A DNA stretch of 64,000 nt from an uncultured Candidatus Peregrinibacteria bacterium (lineage in GTDB: Bacteria; Patescibacteriota; Gracilibacteria; Peribacterales; Peribacteraceae). Both the position numbers and the translations under genes were made by a program. Numbering within the stretch: the first letter of the stretch is position 1; every line of letters starts with the position of its first letter. The notes below the pieces were generated by a model. That model saw only the letters and a program-made list of their open reading frames with translations, did no database searches and was not told where the DNA came from. Location of the stretch: contig CAIKAD010000003.1 in the NCBI GenBank assembly GCA_903825315.1, forward strand, positions 11,053 to 75,052. The letters are read 5' to 3'. Below, piece after piece: positions 35,359-44,958 of the stretch.

Positions 35359-36249
35359 TTATATGAACGCCTTCATATACTCTGACACGTCGTACAGCCG
35401 CACCTCCTCCGCCGGCGTCGTCTCCCTGCCCTGCCGCGGTTTGAGCTCCTCATAGAAAGAAGGCACATCCTCATTCTGGTACAGAATGCCCGTGGCAATC
35501 TTCCCCGACGTGTCGACGGCGAGGGCACGGGCCTTAGCGACATCCTTCGCGTCATGGTTGATCGTTGCAACGTCGTAGCACTTCTCCAGAAGATACTCAT
35601 GCGTGGCAAAGTGGTTGTAGCTGGGACACGCCTGAAGGACATCAACAAACGCAAAACCGCGATGCGCCACGGCCTTTTTGAGGACTTCCGTAAGTTGAGG
35701 GATGTTGCCGGAAAACGCGCGGGCCACAAAGGTGGGCTCGAGGGAGAATATGAAGTCCATGGAGGGAAGCGTGCGTTCGGGAATGCCGTTGGGGCTTGTG
35801 TTCATCTTCTGCCCGCGCGGCGTAAGGGCGCTTGCCTGGCCGGTGGTAAGTCCGAAGTTGGCATTGTTGTGCAGAATGAACGTGATGGGATAGTTGCTGC
35901 GCACGGCGTGAACGAGATGGCTCACACCTTCGGAAAAGCTTGCGCCGTCCCCGCCCACGGCAATCACAGGAACCTTGGGATTGGCGATCTTGGCGCCTGC
36001 GGCAAAGGGAATCACCCGGCCGTGCAGGCCATGCGCCCTGTATCCGCCGATTTTGTCCGCCATGTTGCCGTGGCAACCGACGTCGTAACAGAGGAGGATC
36101 TCCCACGGCTGAATCTTCATCTCCACCAACGCGCTTCGGAGTGCCGTCCAGATACCGTAGTTACCACACCCGTCACACCACGTGCACTGCACTTCGGATG
36201 CGTAGTCCTTCATGCTCACGATGCCGTTGCTGTCGAAAGGAATAGCCAT
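35359..36249 (-). CDS. 2-oxoacid:ferredoxin oxidoreductase, beta (TPP-binding) subunit
   Basis: WCDGCGNYGI and GGDGASFSEGVSHLVHAVRSNYPITFILHNN motifs. Confidence 0.85.
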   Translation of the reverse strand: MAIPFDSNGIVSMKDYASEVQCTWCDGCGNYGIWTALRSALVEMKIQPWEILLCYDVGCHGNMADKIGGYRAHGLHGRVIPFAAGAKIANPKVPVIAVGGDGASFSEGVSHLVHAVRSNYPITFILHNNANFGLTTGQASALTPRGQKMNTSPNGIPERTLPSMDFIFSLEPTFVARAFSGNIPQLTEVLKKAVAHRGFAFVDVLQACPSYNHFATHEYLLEKCYDVATINHDAKDVAKARALAVDTSGKIATGILYQNEDVPSFYEELKPRQGRETTPAEEVRLYDVSEYMKAFI

Positions 36250-36251
36250 GA

Positions 36252-38060
36252 TCAGCGGGAACGGGTGGAACGGGATTTGGATGCAACAGTCTTTGTACCG
36301 GGCACGTCAGAGGTAAGGATCGTGACAATCCTCTCACGCAATTCATCATAATAGAACGGGCGGCCATCGTATTTGAGGATCCTATCGGTGATTGCCAGGC
36401 CGCACTCCATCCTGATCAACTGCCCCAGTTGCCCCTGGTGGTTCACCTCGATGAGAACAGTCCGCTTCGCCTTTTCTGCGAGTGCCATCAACCGCCCGGT
36501 TTTGAGCGGCCAAAGGTACGCGTAGTGGAGGAAACCAACCTTCTTCCCTTCGAGTGCTGGATCCCTCAGAAGATCCTCTATCAAGGTCTTATTGCTCCCC
36601 CAACTCACCAGCAGGATTTCCGGATCCTGCGCACCCAGAAGCTCCGGCTCCGGTAGGGACTTCTGTAGCGCTTCCATCTTTCGCAGGCGCTTCTCTGTTT
36701 GTTGAAGCGCATTCTCCGCGCCCTCAATGGAATCACCCTGGCCGTTATGCTCGTCACCCTGCGCACAGAAAACCGGCGCCTTCGTCCCCGGCAGCCAGCG
36801 CTTGGAAACGCCCTCAGAAACAGAGGGATCATACCGATCCGATGACTTCAGTTTGGAAAGTTCGGCGGGATCGGTGACGAGCTTGCCGCGCCTGAGCGCC
36901 GTGCCGGACTGGTCGTACGGCGCCTGGGTGTAGAGCGCTTCGCCAAGGTGCTTATCGGAAAGGTAAATGACGGAAAGCTGGAACTCCTCCGCAATATTGA
37001 ACGCCTCCGCCATCAGGTGGAACGCATCCCCGCCGTCTCCCGCCGCCATCACACAACGCGGAAACTCGCCGTGCGCCATGTGCACGGCCATGAGCAGGTC
37101 GGCCTGCGCCGTCCACGTAGGAAGCCCTGTTCCGGGGCCCGGCCGCTGTGCCAGCACGAATACCGTAGGATTTTCCAGAATTCCATTGAGGGACAGCGTC
37201 TCGCCCATCAGATCGAATCCGCCGCCGGACGTGGCCGTAAGTGAGCGGGCGCCCATAAGCATTCCGCCGCTGACCATTTGAGCCGCCGTGATCTCGTCCT
37301 CCGCCTGCTTGATTGCCATACCGGTCTGGTTCTGCAGCTCTGCAATATACGAAAGAAGGGGACTCGACGGCGTCATGGGATAACCTGCGTAAAAACGCAC
37401 GCCGGCATGGACGGCGCCCAAGCCCATCGCCTGGCTACCCGTGAGGAGCATCTGCTTCTTCCACTGCTCCTGCGCAGGTGGGAGCGCGACGCTGACATCC
37501 CCGACGTTCGGATCAGAAAAATCAAATCCTTCATCGATACACCGCATGTTCAGCTCAAGGAGATCCTTCTTCTTCGCAAAGCGCTCCCCCACGAATGTCT
37601 TCAATTCATTCCGGTCCTTCGCCAGTACTTTCCATACGAATGCGGCAATGAGAACGTTCGCCAAGATCGGCTTGGCCTTGAGCTTCTGCAAAATGGCATC
37701 GACGGGAAGCAGTACAACGCGGATCTTCCGCTCTTTGAGGAGCACCTCATCCTCCGGCGTAAACTTCCATCCCGCCGTAGAGTGGATGAGGACACCGCCA
37801 TCTTTGAGATCACGGAGATTCTGCTGCAGGCCGTGATGATTGAGTGATACGAGGACCTCCGCCTTCCGTTCGCTGCTTCCCACACGTTCATCACTCACAT
37901 CAATCTGGTAACTCGCATGTCCTCCTTTGATAAGTGACGGGTACTCGCGGTATCCGAACACGCAATAACCGCTGCGCTTGAGACCCTTGGCCAGAACTTC
38001 CCCGATGGAATTGATGCCCTGACCGGAAGCGCCGACGATCTTAAGGACAACGCGCGTCAT
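36252..38060 (-). CDS. 2-oxoacid:ferredoxin oxidoreductase, fused gamma-alpha subunit
   Basis: 602-aa ORF. N-terminal gamma-like GASGQGINSIGEVLAK, then alpha-domain YAGYPMTPSS. Confidence 0.85.
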   Translation of the reverse strand: MTRVVLKIVGASGQGINSIGEVLAKGLKRSGYCVFGYREYPSLIKGGHASYQIDVSDERVGSSERKAEVLVSLNHHGLQQNLRDLKDGGVLIHSTAGWKFTPEDEVLLKERKIRVVLLPVDAILQKLKAKPILANVLIAAFVWKVLAKDRNELKTFVGERFAKKKDLLELNMRCIDEGFDFSDPNVGDVSVALPPAQEQWKKQMLLTGSQAMGLGAVHAGVRFYAGYPMTPSSPLLSYIAELQNQTGMAIKQAEDEITAAQMVSGGMLMGARSLTATSGGGFDLMGETLSLNGILENPTVFVLAQRPGPGTGLPTWTAQADLLMAVHMAHGEFPRCVMAAGDGGDAFHLMAEAFNIAEEFQLSVIYLSDKHLGEALYTQAPYDQSGTALRRGKLVTDPAELSKLKSSDRYDPSVSEGVSKRWLPGTKAPVFCAQGDEHNGQGDSIEGAENALQQTEKRLRKMEALQKSLPEPELLGAQDPEILLVSWGSNKTLIEDLLRDPALEGKKVGFLHYAYLWPLKTGRLMALAEKAKRTVLIEVNHQGQLGQLIRMECGLAITDRILKYDGRPFYYDELRERIVTILTSDVPGTKTVASKSRSTRSR

Positions 38061-38112
38061 TCAGGGGGGATTTTGACGGAAAACGAAGTGGAACGAAAGA
38101 GAGGAAATGGCA

Positions 38113-38224
38113 GAAAATCCCAATGATCAACTATCAATTCTCAAAACGCTTCGTCGCCCGGACCGTTATTGATCATTGAAGATTGACAATTAATCATTCG
38201 ATATGTCGGCATTTGGTCATTCTC
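38113..38224. repeat. hairpin element, CCAATGATCA/TTGGTCATT family, conserved-loop subtype
   Basis: cccaatgatcaa...tcaaaacg CTTCGTCGCCCGGAC cgttattgatcattg...ttggtcattc. Confidence 0.7.
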
Positions 38225-38241
38225 ACGTAACGTTCTAAGCT
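38213..38241 (+). promoter_or_regulatory. candidate promoter, short leader
   Basis: TTGGTC-17 nt-TAAGCT, then 6 nt to the ATG at 38248. The -35 hexamer is part of the repeat arm. Confidence 0.3.
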
Positions 38242-38247
38242 TTCTCC

Positions 38248-39225
38248 ATGCCGGGATCAGTCAGCATCCTCATTCCCACCTACCAGCCGAACACAGCCTT
38301 CCTTCGGGAAGCAGTCCAATCGGTGCTCGCACAGACGCACACGAACTGGCAACTCCTCATTCACGATGACGCGTCGGATGTGGATGTCATGGACGGCATC
38401 GCACCTTTTCTATTGGATCCCCGGATTCGCGCGGAGCGGAACATCATTCGTCTGGGAATCGGCGGAAACTGGAATGCCTGCCTTCAACAGGCTTCGGGGG
38501 ATTACGTCGCCTTCCTCTTCCAAGATGATGTGTGGCATCCGGAGTATCTCAAGGAAGCAGTGGCAGCATTGGAACGGGAACCGCGCGTGGGACTTGTTGC
38601 CTCCTTTCATGCGTACCAAACGGACGGGAGCGCCGAGGCGGCAACATTTCTCAAGACCGCCGGCTTCGATGCTGTGCAGGAAACACGGCGCCATGCCATG
38701 CAACCGGGACAATGTGACGGCAGGGTATTTTTGAAGATGTGGACCGGGCGCGGCCTGCATCCCAACCTCATCGGTGAGCCGAGCTTTGTGGTGCTGCGGA
38801 AATCCGTTGTGGACAAGGTTGGCTTCTTCCGCGAAGACATGCCGCAAGGATTGGATCTGGAATACTGGACGCGCGCTCTCCTGGCGAGCGACCTCTTTAC
38901 CATCACCCGGGAATCCGGTTTCTTCCGCGTCCATCCTTCCGCTGCAAGCATGCAAAACGACCAAACCGGCGCCGGCCTCACCGACCGTTTGCGCTGCATC
39001 GAGTCGTTGATGTCAGCATCCACGACACCACGCGATCTCAAGGATATCGCGCGCCAAACCTTCTCCTTCCAGCTCTCCATGATGTTCCGCAAAGCGCGCA
39101 AGCGTCGGGAAGAGGGGAAGAGCATGGGGAAGGGGAACGCTCGATCGGTCTTGCCGATCCTCTTGCATCATCCACTTCTGACTCTTCAATCACTCGTAAT
39201 GTCCGGGCAGAAGAATCAGGAATAG
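38248..39225 (+). CDS. family-2 glycosyltransferase
   Basis: VSILIPTYQPN....AVQSVLAQTHTNWQLLIHDDASD. Confidence 0.75.
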   Translation: MPGSVSILIPTYQPNTAFLREAVQSVLAQTHTNWQLLIHDDASDVDVMDGIAPFLLDPRIRAERNIIRLGIGGNWNACLQQASGDYVAFLFQDDVWHPEYLKEAVAALEREPRVGLVASFHAYQTDGSAEAATFLKTAGFDAVQETRRHAMQPGQCDGRVFLKMWTGRGLHPNLIGEPSFVVLRKSVVDKVGFFREDMPQGLDLEYWTRALLASDLFTITRESGFFRVHPSAASMQNDQTGAGLTDRLRCIESLMSASTTPRDLKDIARQTFSFQLSMMFRKARKRREEGKSMGKGNARSVLPILLHHPLLTLQSLVMSGQKNQE

Positions 39226-39306
39226 TGAATCATGAATCAAGAACGTCGCTTGATCCGATTCTTCATTCTTACTTCTACATTCTTTATTCCTAATACCTGA
39301 TTCTTC
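39210..39306. repeat. low-complexity inverted-repeat element (AAGAATC units)
   Basis: The outer arms agaagaatcagg / cctgattcttc are exactly complementary. The inner part carries gaatcatgaatcaagaa / attcttcattctt units. Confidence 0.7.
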
Positions 39307-39315
39307 GGCCTCCAT

Positions 39316-39344
39316 TTGATAAACCATCATCAACATGCTATTAC
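39316..39344 (+). promoter_or_regulatory. candidate promoter
   Basis: TTGATA-17 nt-TATTAC. This argues against the ORF-track ATG at 39316 as the start. Confidence 0.3.
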
Positions 39345-39372
39345 TGCAAATGAGCTCCTACCCCCACCGTAC

Positions 39373-40350
39373 ATGAAACTGCGCAAACTCATCGAACTCG
39401 CCGTGGATAACGCAATGGATGTTGACCCGCGCGGGCGGAAATCCATCGAAAAGCAACTCAAGAAACTCAAGGACAAATTCGACAAAATGGAGGGGAAGGA
39501 CAAGGAATACTTCGATACCGAACGCCTGTGGAACCCGTACCCGGACTCCCGCATTATTGCTGGAACTGGGGATGAGGATATCGAGACAGTAATGGTCGGC
39601 ATCGACATCGAGACGCCAGAAATCCTCCTGGCGGACCGCTTGCGAGAGCGCGGCAAAAAGATCGACTGCATTTTGATCCACCATCCGGAGGGACGGGCAC
39701 TCGCAGACCTGGACAAGGCAATGGGCCTGCAAGTGGAAGTAATGACGGCAGTGGGCGTGCCTGTGAACCACGCGGAGGGACAGCTGCGGCCACGTATGGA
39801 CCGCATCTGGCGCGCCATCCATGCCGACAACCTCTTCCGCACGGAACGCGCGGCGGAACTACTGGGATTTCCCGCGGTCTGCTGCCATACCGTAGCAGAC
39901 AACCTCGTGTGGAATTTCGTCGAGAAGAACATCTGCAAAAAGGAATTTGATTCCCTTGATGACATCGTCAACGCACTCCGCGAAATCCCAGAGTACGCAC
40001 ACTACGCCAAGAAGGGGAATCCCCCTATCATCGTGAACGGTTCCGGGAGCAACCGCCCCGGCAAAGTCGTCGCCACGGAGTTCACGGGCGGGACCAACGG
40101 TCCGGAGGAGTTTCTGGCCGAGCAGTCACGCGCCGGCGTGGGGACCATCCTCTCCATGCACGTCACCGAGAAGACGCTCGACGAGGCCAAGAAGCACAAC
40201 GTGAATATGATCCAGTGCAGCCATATGGCCTCGGATGCCATCGGCATCAACCTGCTGCTCGATGAACTCTCCAAAGCCGAAAAGAATCTGAGCGTGATTG
40301 AGGCGGCTGGTTTTATCCGCATAAAGCGGAGCAGTAAGCGCTCCCGTTAA
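39373..40350 (+). CDS. NIF3 (DUF34)-like dinuclear-metal-centre protein
   Basis: CILIHHPEG and C-terminal CSHMASD resemble the NIF3 HHP and GHY.SE metal-ligand motifs. The call was made by eye. Confidence 0.5.
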   Translation: MKLRKLIELAVDNAMDVDPRGRKSIEKQLKKLKDKFDKMEGKDKEYFDTERLWNPYPDSRIIAGTGDEDIETVMVGIDIETPEILLADRLRERGKKIDCILIHHPEGRALADLDKAMGLQVEVMTAVGVPVNHAEGQLRPRMDRIWRAIHADNLFRTERAAELLGFPAVCCHTVADNLVWNFVEKNICKKEFDSLDDIVNALREIPEYAHYAKKGNPPIIVNGSGSNRPGKVVATEFTGGTNGPEEFLAEQSRAGVGTILSMHVTEKTLDEAKKHNVNMIQCSHMASDAIGINLLLDELSKAEKNLSVIEAAGFIRIKRSSKRSR

Positions 40351-40398
40351 TCCCGATCCTCTGGCTCCCGCTTGCCTTTCTGAGTAGAATTGCGCTCC

Positions 40399-41268
40399 AT
40401 GGCAAAGCAGAACACCTACGCGCCGGTCCGGATCCTGCAGGAATCGTGGGAATACCTGCGCAAGCAGCCAGTGTTGAGCTGGGTTCTCGTGTGGCTCCTC
40501 ATTCTCCCCACCGTCCTGTCGTCGTGGGTGGACCGCGTCTGGAAGGCGCAGCGGGGATTTGTCCCAGGCAACGCACTGCACTTTGAGCCACTGGACCTGT
40601 TCTACCTCTCCCTCTCCATCTTCTTCGCCCTCCTCACACTGTGGGGCGTGAGCGCTGTGCTGCTCGTAGGCAAGCGCATGGTAGTACGCCGCGCGGGAAG
40701 GACCCGCTCTTCCTTCCGGCGCGTTATCCTCGACGCTCTACCCATGGTCTTCCCGCTCCTCCTCACCTCCATCCTCCAGCAGTGCCTCGTGTTCTACCGC
40801 GCACTGCTCTACATCATCCCAGTGGGAATGGCGTTCTATGTCATCCACCGCGCCCTCCTGGGCCCTGCCGACGCAGCGCGCGCAGCCTTTCTGTCACTTC
40901 TCATTCTCTCACCCCTCCTCATTCCCGCGGTCGTGTACTGGCTGCGGACCATCCTCTTCCCCGCCGTATTCGGCTGCGAGGAGAAGGCATACCGCGAGGC
41001 ACTCCAACGGAGCAGCGCACTCATACGCGGGCGTTTCGGCCCGGTAGTGCTCACCATCCTTGCCCTCGCACTCCTCACCTTCCTTCCTGCCATAATCATT
41101 TCGTGGGTCACTGCTCTTCTTACGCCCGCTGGCCCTGTGCTGTTGCCCTACGCTATGGATATCATCCATGCCGCCCTCTCATCCACCGCGCTCCTGATGT
41201 TCATCCTGGCCATGACCGGACTGTACGGGAGGCTCAAAGAGAATGCGCCGAAGCATGTGGAGGTTTGA
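40399..41268 (+). CDS. polytopic membrane protein, unknown function
   Basis: About 6 hydrophobic helices. ATG at 40399 (MAKQNTY...). Confidence 0.5.
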   Translation: MAKQNTYAPVRILQESWEYLRKQPVLSWVLVWLLILPTVLSSWVDRVWKAQRGFVPGNALHFEPLDLFYLSLSIFFALLTLWGVSAVLLVGKRMVVRRAGRTRSSFRRVILDALPMVFPLLLTSILQQCLVFYRALLYIIPVGMAFYVIHRALLGPADAARAAFLSLLILSPLLIPAVVYWLRTILFPAVFGCEEKAYREALQRSSALIRGRFGPVVLTILALALLTFLPAIIISWVTALLTPAGPVLLPYAMDIIHAALSSTALLMFILAMTGLYGRLKENAPKHVEV

Positions 41269-41270
41269 TA

Positions 41271-41358
41271 CAATGAACCAATAGTCCAAAATCCCAATTC
41301 CCAAAATGACCCTGCTGTCATTCGTTTTGGTCATTGATAATTGGTCATTGGTCATTCG
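41271..41358. repeat. hairpin element, same family, CCCTGCTG-loop subtype
   Basis: ccaaaatcccaattcccaaaatga CCCTGCTG tcattcgttttggtcattgataattggtcattggtcatt. Confidence 0.7.
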
Positions 41359-41361
41359 TCC

Positions 41362-41565
41362 TCACAACGTCTTGGATGTGTAGTCGTTGAGCACCGAAGT
41401 CAAACCCTTAATGACAACCTGGGGAGGCATGTCGTGCGCGGAGTAGGTGATGCCGAACTCATCGTCGCTCTTCGGCCATCCGAAGACAATGAACCCGGGG
41501 CGCCCGAGTTCCCGGAGAAACGCTTCGCACTTCTGCTGGATTTCCTGCTCACTGTCGTCAGTCAT
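41362..41565 (-). CDS. small hypothetical protein (67 aa)
   Basis: ATG at 41565 (MTDDSEQEIQQK...). Downstream of rplT on the same strand. No family recognised. Confidence 0.35.
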   Translation of the reverse strand: MTDDSEQEIQQKCEAFLRELGRPGFIVFGWPKSDDEFGITYSAHDMPPQVVIKGLTSVLNDYTSKTL

Positions 41566-41710
41566 GGAAGATGGGGGATGTCTGTTCAGGATACGCGATG
41601 GGTGCGTGATACTCCACGAAATTCCGGAGGAATCCGAGGGTATCCACGAAGCCAAAGAACACTTGCAACGTTCGTTCCCGTCTCCAAAGAACTACCCCCA
41701 TCGTTTTCCT

Positions 41711-42052
41711 TCACTTCACCTCAGCCAACACCTTTGCAAAAGCAACCGGATCGTGGATCGCCAGCTCGCTCAGCACCTTGCGATTGAGAAGAATGTTCTT
41801 GGTCTTGAGACCTTTGATAAAGGCGGAGTAACTCACACCCTGTGCGCGGAGAGCTGCGTTGAGGCGGATGATCCACAGGCCGCGGAAATCGCGCTTCTTA
41901 AGGCGGCGGTCCTTGTAGGAGTTTACACCGGCGCGGATAACGGCTTCGTTGGCCTTGATGAACGTGGCGCTCCGCATCCCGCGGTAGCCCTTGGCGAGCT
42001 TGCGGATCTTCTTGTGCCGACGATGACGGACGATACCGCGTTTAACGCGCAT
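41711..42052 (-). CDS. rplT: 50S ribosomal protein L20
   Basis: [25 protein letters not shown]... is canonical L20. Confidence 0.95.
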   Translation of the reverse strand: MRVKRGIVRHRRHKKIRKLAKGYRGMRSATFIKANEAVIRAGVNSYKDRRLKKRDFRGLWIIRLNAALRAQGVSYSAFIKGLKTKNILLNRKVLSELAIHDPVAFAKVLAEVK

Positions 42053-42067
42053 GGTTCAGGTGTGAAT

Positions 42068-42262
42068 TTAAAGCGAAGGAAGGAGTGCAACCAGCGCCCG
42101 CTCGTTGGTGGAATGCGCAACGACAGTGCGGTTGATCCGCTTCTGGCGCTTGTTCTTCTGCATGAGAAGGTGGTTGCGGCTGTGGCGCTTGAACGCAAAC
42201 TTGCCGCTGCCGGTCTTCCAGACCCGCTTCTTGGCGCCGCTGTGGGACTTAAGCTTAGGCAT
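42068..42262 (-). CDS. rpmI: 50S ribosomal protein L35
   Basis: MPKLKSHSGAKKRVWKTGSGKFAFKRHSRNHL. Confidence 0.9.
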   Translation of the reverse strand: MPKLKSHSGAKKRVWKTGSGKFAFKRHSRNHLLMQKNKRQKRINRTVVAHSTNERALVALLPSL

Positions 42263-42331
42263 TGACGCGGTAGTATAGCCATTTTCTGGTCTAAAGCAAA
42301 ACAATTTTTGCGTCTGGGAAAGTAGCCGAGG

Positions 42332-42425
42332 GTACCCAAATAACCGATGAAAATGAAGATACTCTGAAAATTCCTCGGATTCCTTGGTTTCTTCGGATTT
42401 CTCGGTTTCCCCTTCGGGTTACCCT
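42332..42425. repeat. low-complexity element (TTCCTCGGATT units)
   Basis: ttcctcggattccttggtttcttcggatttctcggtttccccttcggg, between infC and rpmI. Confidence 0.6.
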
Positions 42426-42432
42426 GAACTCC

Positions 42433-42975
42433 CTATCGCTTTGGCCTCAGGATCGCAATGAACGAATCGCCCTGCCGTTTGACGTCCTGCTCAACTTCGG
42501 AAACATCGGCCAAGCTGCGAAGAATTCCCTTAAGCTTCTGAATCGCAAAGTCCTTATTGGCCAGCTCCCTTCCGCGCAGACGCACGGAGAACTTGACCAG
42601 GTGGCGCTCGGTAAAGAACTCGCGCGCGCGCTCCGCAAGACGGTCGATGTCATGCTTGTCGGTGCGGAACCCGAAGCGGAGCATTTTGACTTCCACCTGC
42701 TTACTGTGAGAGCGCTGCTTCTTCTCCTTCTTCTGGAGCTGGTAGAGGTAGTGTCCAAATTCCCCGATCTTCACGACGGGGGGCTGTGCCTTGGGTGATA
42801 CTTCGATGAGGTCGAGCTCCTGTTCCTTGGCACGCGCAAGAGCGGTTTCTACGGGAAGGACTTCCGTGATGCCATCTTCCGTGACCAGCATCACCGGGGA
42901 AACACGGATCTGCTCATTGATGCGCGGTCGGCGCTCCTGCTTGGCATGGGGGACATATCGCGATCGTTGTCTCAG
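42433..42975 (-). CDS. infC: translation initiation factor IF-3, non-ATG start
   Basis: The conserved N-terminal RINEQIRVSPV is encoded upstream of the first ATG/GTG (42894). The frame stays open up to the TAG at 43006-43008. Candidate starts are CTG at 42975 and ATC at 43002. Confidence 0.85.
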   Translation of the reverse strand: MRQRSRYVPHAKQERRPRINEQIRVSPVMLVTEDGITEVLPVETALARAKEQELDLIEVSPKAQPPVVKIGEFGHYLYQLQKKEKKQRSHSKQVEVKMLRFGFRTDKHDIDRLAERAREFFTERHLVKFSVRLRGRELANKDFAIQKLKGILRSLADVSEVEQDVKRQGDSFIAILRPKR

Positions 42976-43002
42976 ACGGGGAGAGGGGAAAAGGCATCGG
43001 AT

Positions 43003-43030
43003 ACTCTAAAGTAAGCTGTATCAGTGTCAA
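43003..43030 (-). promoter_or_regulatory. candidate infC operon promoter
   Basis: Minus strand: perfect TTGACA, 16-nt spacer, TAGAGT. Confidence 0.35.
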
Positions 43031-43153
43031 GGAGCCGACACTCCTATCCGGAAAGCTATCCGTCGTCAGTCATGAGCGATCCGACAATTTTTCTTCAGTG
43101 AATTGATGGTTGTAAAACTGACAGCTGACCACTGACCAGGCACCCCCCACACA

Positions 43154-44038
43154 TCACTCGCGGCCATACGCTTCAAGCGTAACCGTTAACTTCGCCCAAC
43201 CGTCAGCCCCGTCCTCCTGTTTAAGGGACGTGATGGAAAGGTAGGGAAGCGGCCACATCTTCTGGTCCTGCAGATAGTGCCCCACGCTGCCACGAGCAAG
43301 CGCAGATCCCTCCCACACAAGATCCGATTGCTCAAAGCGCCGCAGGAACAATACGATGGTATCCGATGGAAAGGATTGACGGAGCTTCTCCTCCGCGGTT
43401 CCCGGTTGGCGGAGATAGGAGAAAAGATCGGTGGAGAGAAACTCCTTGAGCGCCCCCACCTGCTCCGGGTCACCCTCTTCGGAAGCATGAAGGAGGATGT
43501 CACGGTCGTCAGCGGAGAGGACGTCGTCCAGCGTAAGGAGCCCAGCAATGTCGAGGAGGCGGAAAAAATCCTTGTACCCCTCGCCCTTGAGCTGAAGCGA
43601 GAACGAGAGGGAGCGCTTGGTAAGCGGTGCACTCGCGACGGTAACAGTGGTGGAATCTCCCGTGGCGATAGGGGACACATCCTTTGCGGTCCCTTCCTTG
43701 CTCCACAGTTCAAACGCCCCGGAGAGCATGGAGATAGCACGCCCCACGTCATCGCCGTGCGGAAGGACGAAGAGGCGCAACTGCTCTTCCTCGGTACCTC
43801 CATCCAGCGACGCGCGCATTCTGGATGTCTCCACCTGTTTCTGGAGGATGCCCTCCCGCTGTTCCAGCTGCGTGGTTTCCTGCACGAGCGGCAACCCCTG
43901 ATCGCGCACTGCTGCCAGGGCCTTGCCGTGCTCCTGGATCAGCACGCCCGAGTAGGAGAGCATCAGGCATCCCACCGTGAGCAGGAGCGTAGCTGCCATG
44001 TAGGTAATGGGCCGGTCGGAAACGGAGATATCGGACAT
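43154..44038 (-). CDS. bitopic membrane protein, unknown function
   Basis: 294-aa ORF. One N-terminal TM helix, a coiled-coil-like segment, then a globular C-terminus. 1-nt TGATG overlap with the upstream gene. Confidence 0.45.
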   Translation of the reverse strand: MSDISVSDRPITYMAATLLLTVGCLMLSYSGVLIQEHGKALAAVRDQGLPLVQETTQLEQREGILQKQVETSRMRASLDGGTEEEQLRLFVLPHGDDVGRAISMLSGAFELWSKEGTAKDVSPIATGDSTTVTVASAPLTKRSLSFSLQLKGEGYKDFFRLLDIAGLLTLDDVLSADDRDILLHASEEGDPEQVGALKEFLSTDLFSYLRQPGTAEEKLRQSFPSDTIVLFLRRFEQSDLVWEGSALARGSVGHYLQDQKMWPLPYLSITSLKQEDGADGWAKLTVTLEAYGRE

Positions 44039-44703
44039 CAGTTGAGACGCAGGACGATACGGAAGGGGGAGTGGACGCCTACGACGGGATCATCCTTGCG
44101 GGTGTAGAGCGGGGGTGTTACGGAAGCGGTGAAGGAAAAATTTTTGCACCCCTCCGTGAACTCCGAGAGCAGCGTGAGGCTGCGCGGTCCCACGTTGCGC
44201 ACGTCTCCTTCCAGCACCAACGTCCCCTGCTCCAGGGTGATGGCATTGAGGTGGATGGCATCGTCGACAGGGGAGAGTGACTTTGCCGAATGGATGACCT
44301 CCTCGCGCATGGCGATGAACGAGCTGGGAGTGCGGCGCTCCGCCTTGAGCGCGTCGTACGCAGGATCATTGAGCGGCAAGACGGATGTATCGCGCTCCAG
44401 CTCCAACGTGGCTACCTGCGCTGCGAGTTGCGCTTTGTATGTGAGGAGCGAGCGCGCATCGCGCTCCACGCCAGCCACCTTCACCTGCGTAAAGAGCGGC
44501 AGGAAAAGCGTAATGGAAAGCAGAAGAAGAGCTGTGAGAACCGCCGCAAATATGAAAAGCGGTATGGAAACACTATGCAGAATCATGCGTAGCCGCGGCA
44601 TAGCCGTAGGCGAAGACGGACACGTTTCGGCAGAGCCGGACGGTTCAGAGCCACCGACAGGTGGCCCTAGCGCGGGCACAGAAGGAGGAACGGTGTCTGG
44701 CAT
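44038..44703 (-). CDS. bitopic membrane protein, unknown function
   Basis: 221-aa ORF. Pro/Ser-rich N-terminus, one TM helix, a coiled-coil-like segment, then a small C-terminal domain. Confidence 0.45.
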   Translation of the reverse strand: MPDTVPPSVPALGPPVGGSEPSGSAETCPSSPTAMPRLRMILHSVSIPLFIFAAVLTALLLLSITLFLPLFTQVKVAGVERDARSLLTYKAQLAAQVATLELERDTSVLPLNDPAYDALKAERRTPSSFIAMREEVIHSAKSLSPVDDAIHLNAITLEQGTLVLEGDVRNVGPRSLTLLSEFTEGCKNFSFTASVTPPLYTRKDDPVVGVHSPFRIVLRLN

Positions 44704-44775
44704 GTGTTTTCTTGATAGTATAGCGGAAAATGATGATTTGGTGAAGGTGGGGAATCTTGACAGCCTGAAGATGTA

Positions 44776-44898
44776 GAGGAAACGAAGGAATCAGAGGATG
44801 CAGAAGAGAAATCCCTCAGGAATACGATAAATGACCTCTCCTCTGCTTCTTCTGCATCATTTGCTTCTTCTGCGTCTTTTGCCTCCTCTGCATCCTCC
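44776..44898. repeat. low-complexity inverted-repeat element (GCAGAAG/GATGCAG units)
   Basis: ggaatcagaggatgcagaagag on the left. ctctgcttcttctgcatcatttgcttcttctgcg...cctctgcatcctcc on the right. Confidence 0.7.
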
Positions 44899-44958
44899 CA
44901 AGTCCTATCACTATCACCACCGAACCTGTACCATAACCCCAGTCCTTACTCCGTTCCT

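Noticed and set aside
43154-44703. Calling the two bitopic proteins PilO and PilN
   Set aside because: The INLLP motif is absent, no pilM/pilB/pilC is nearby, and the similarity is only topological. They are left as hypothetical.
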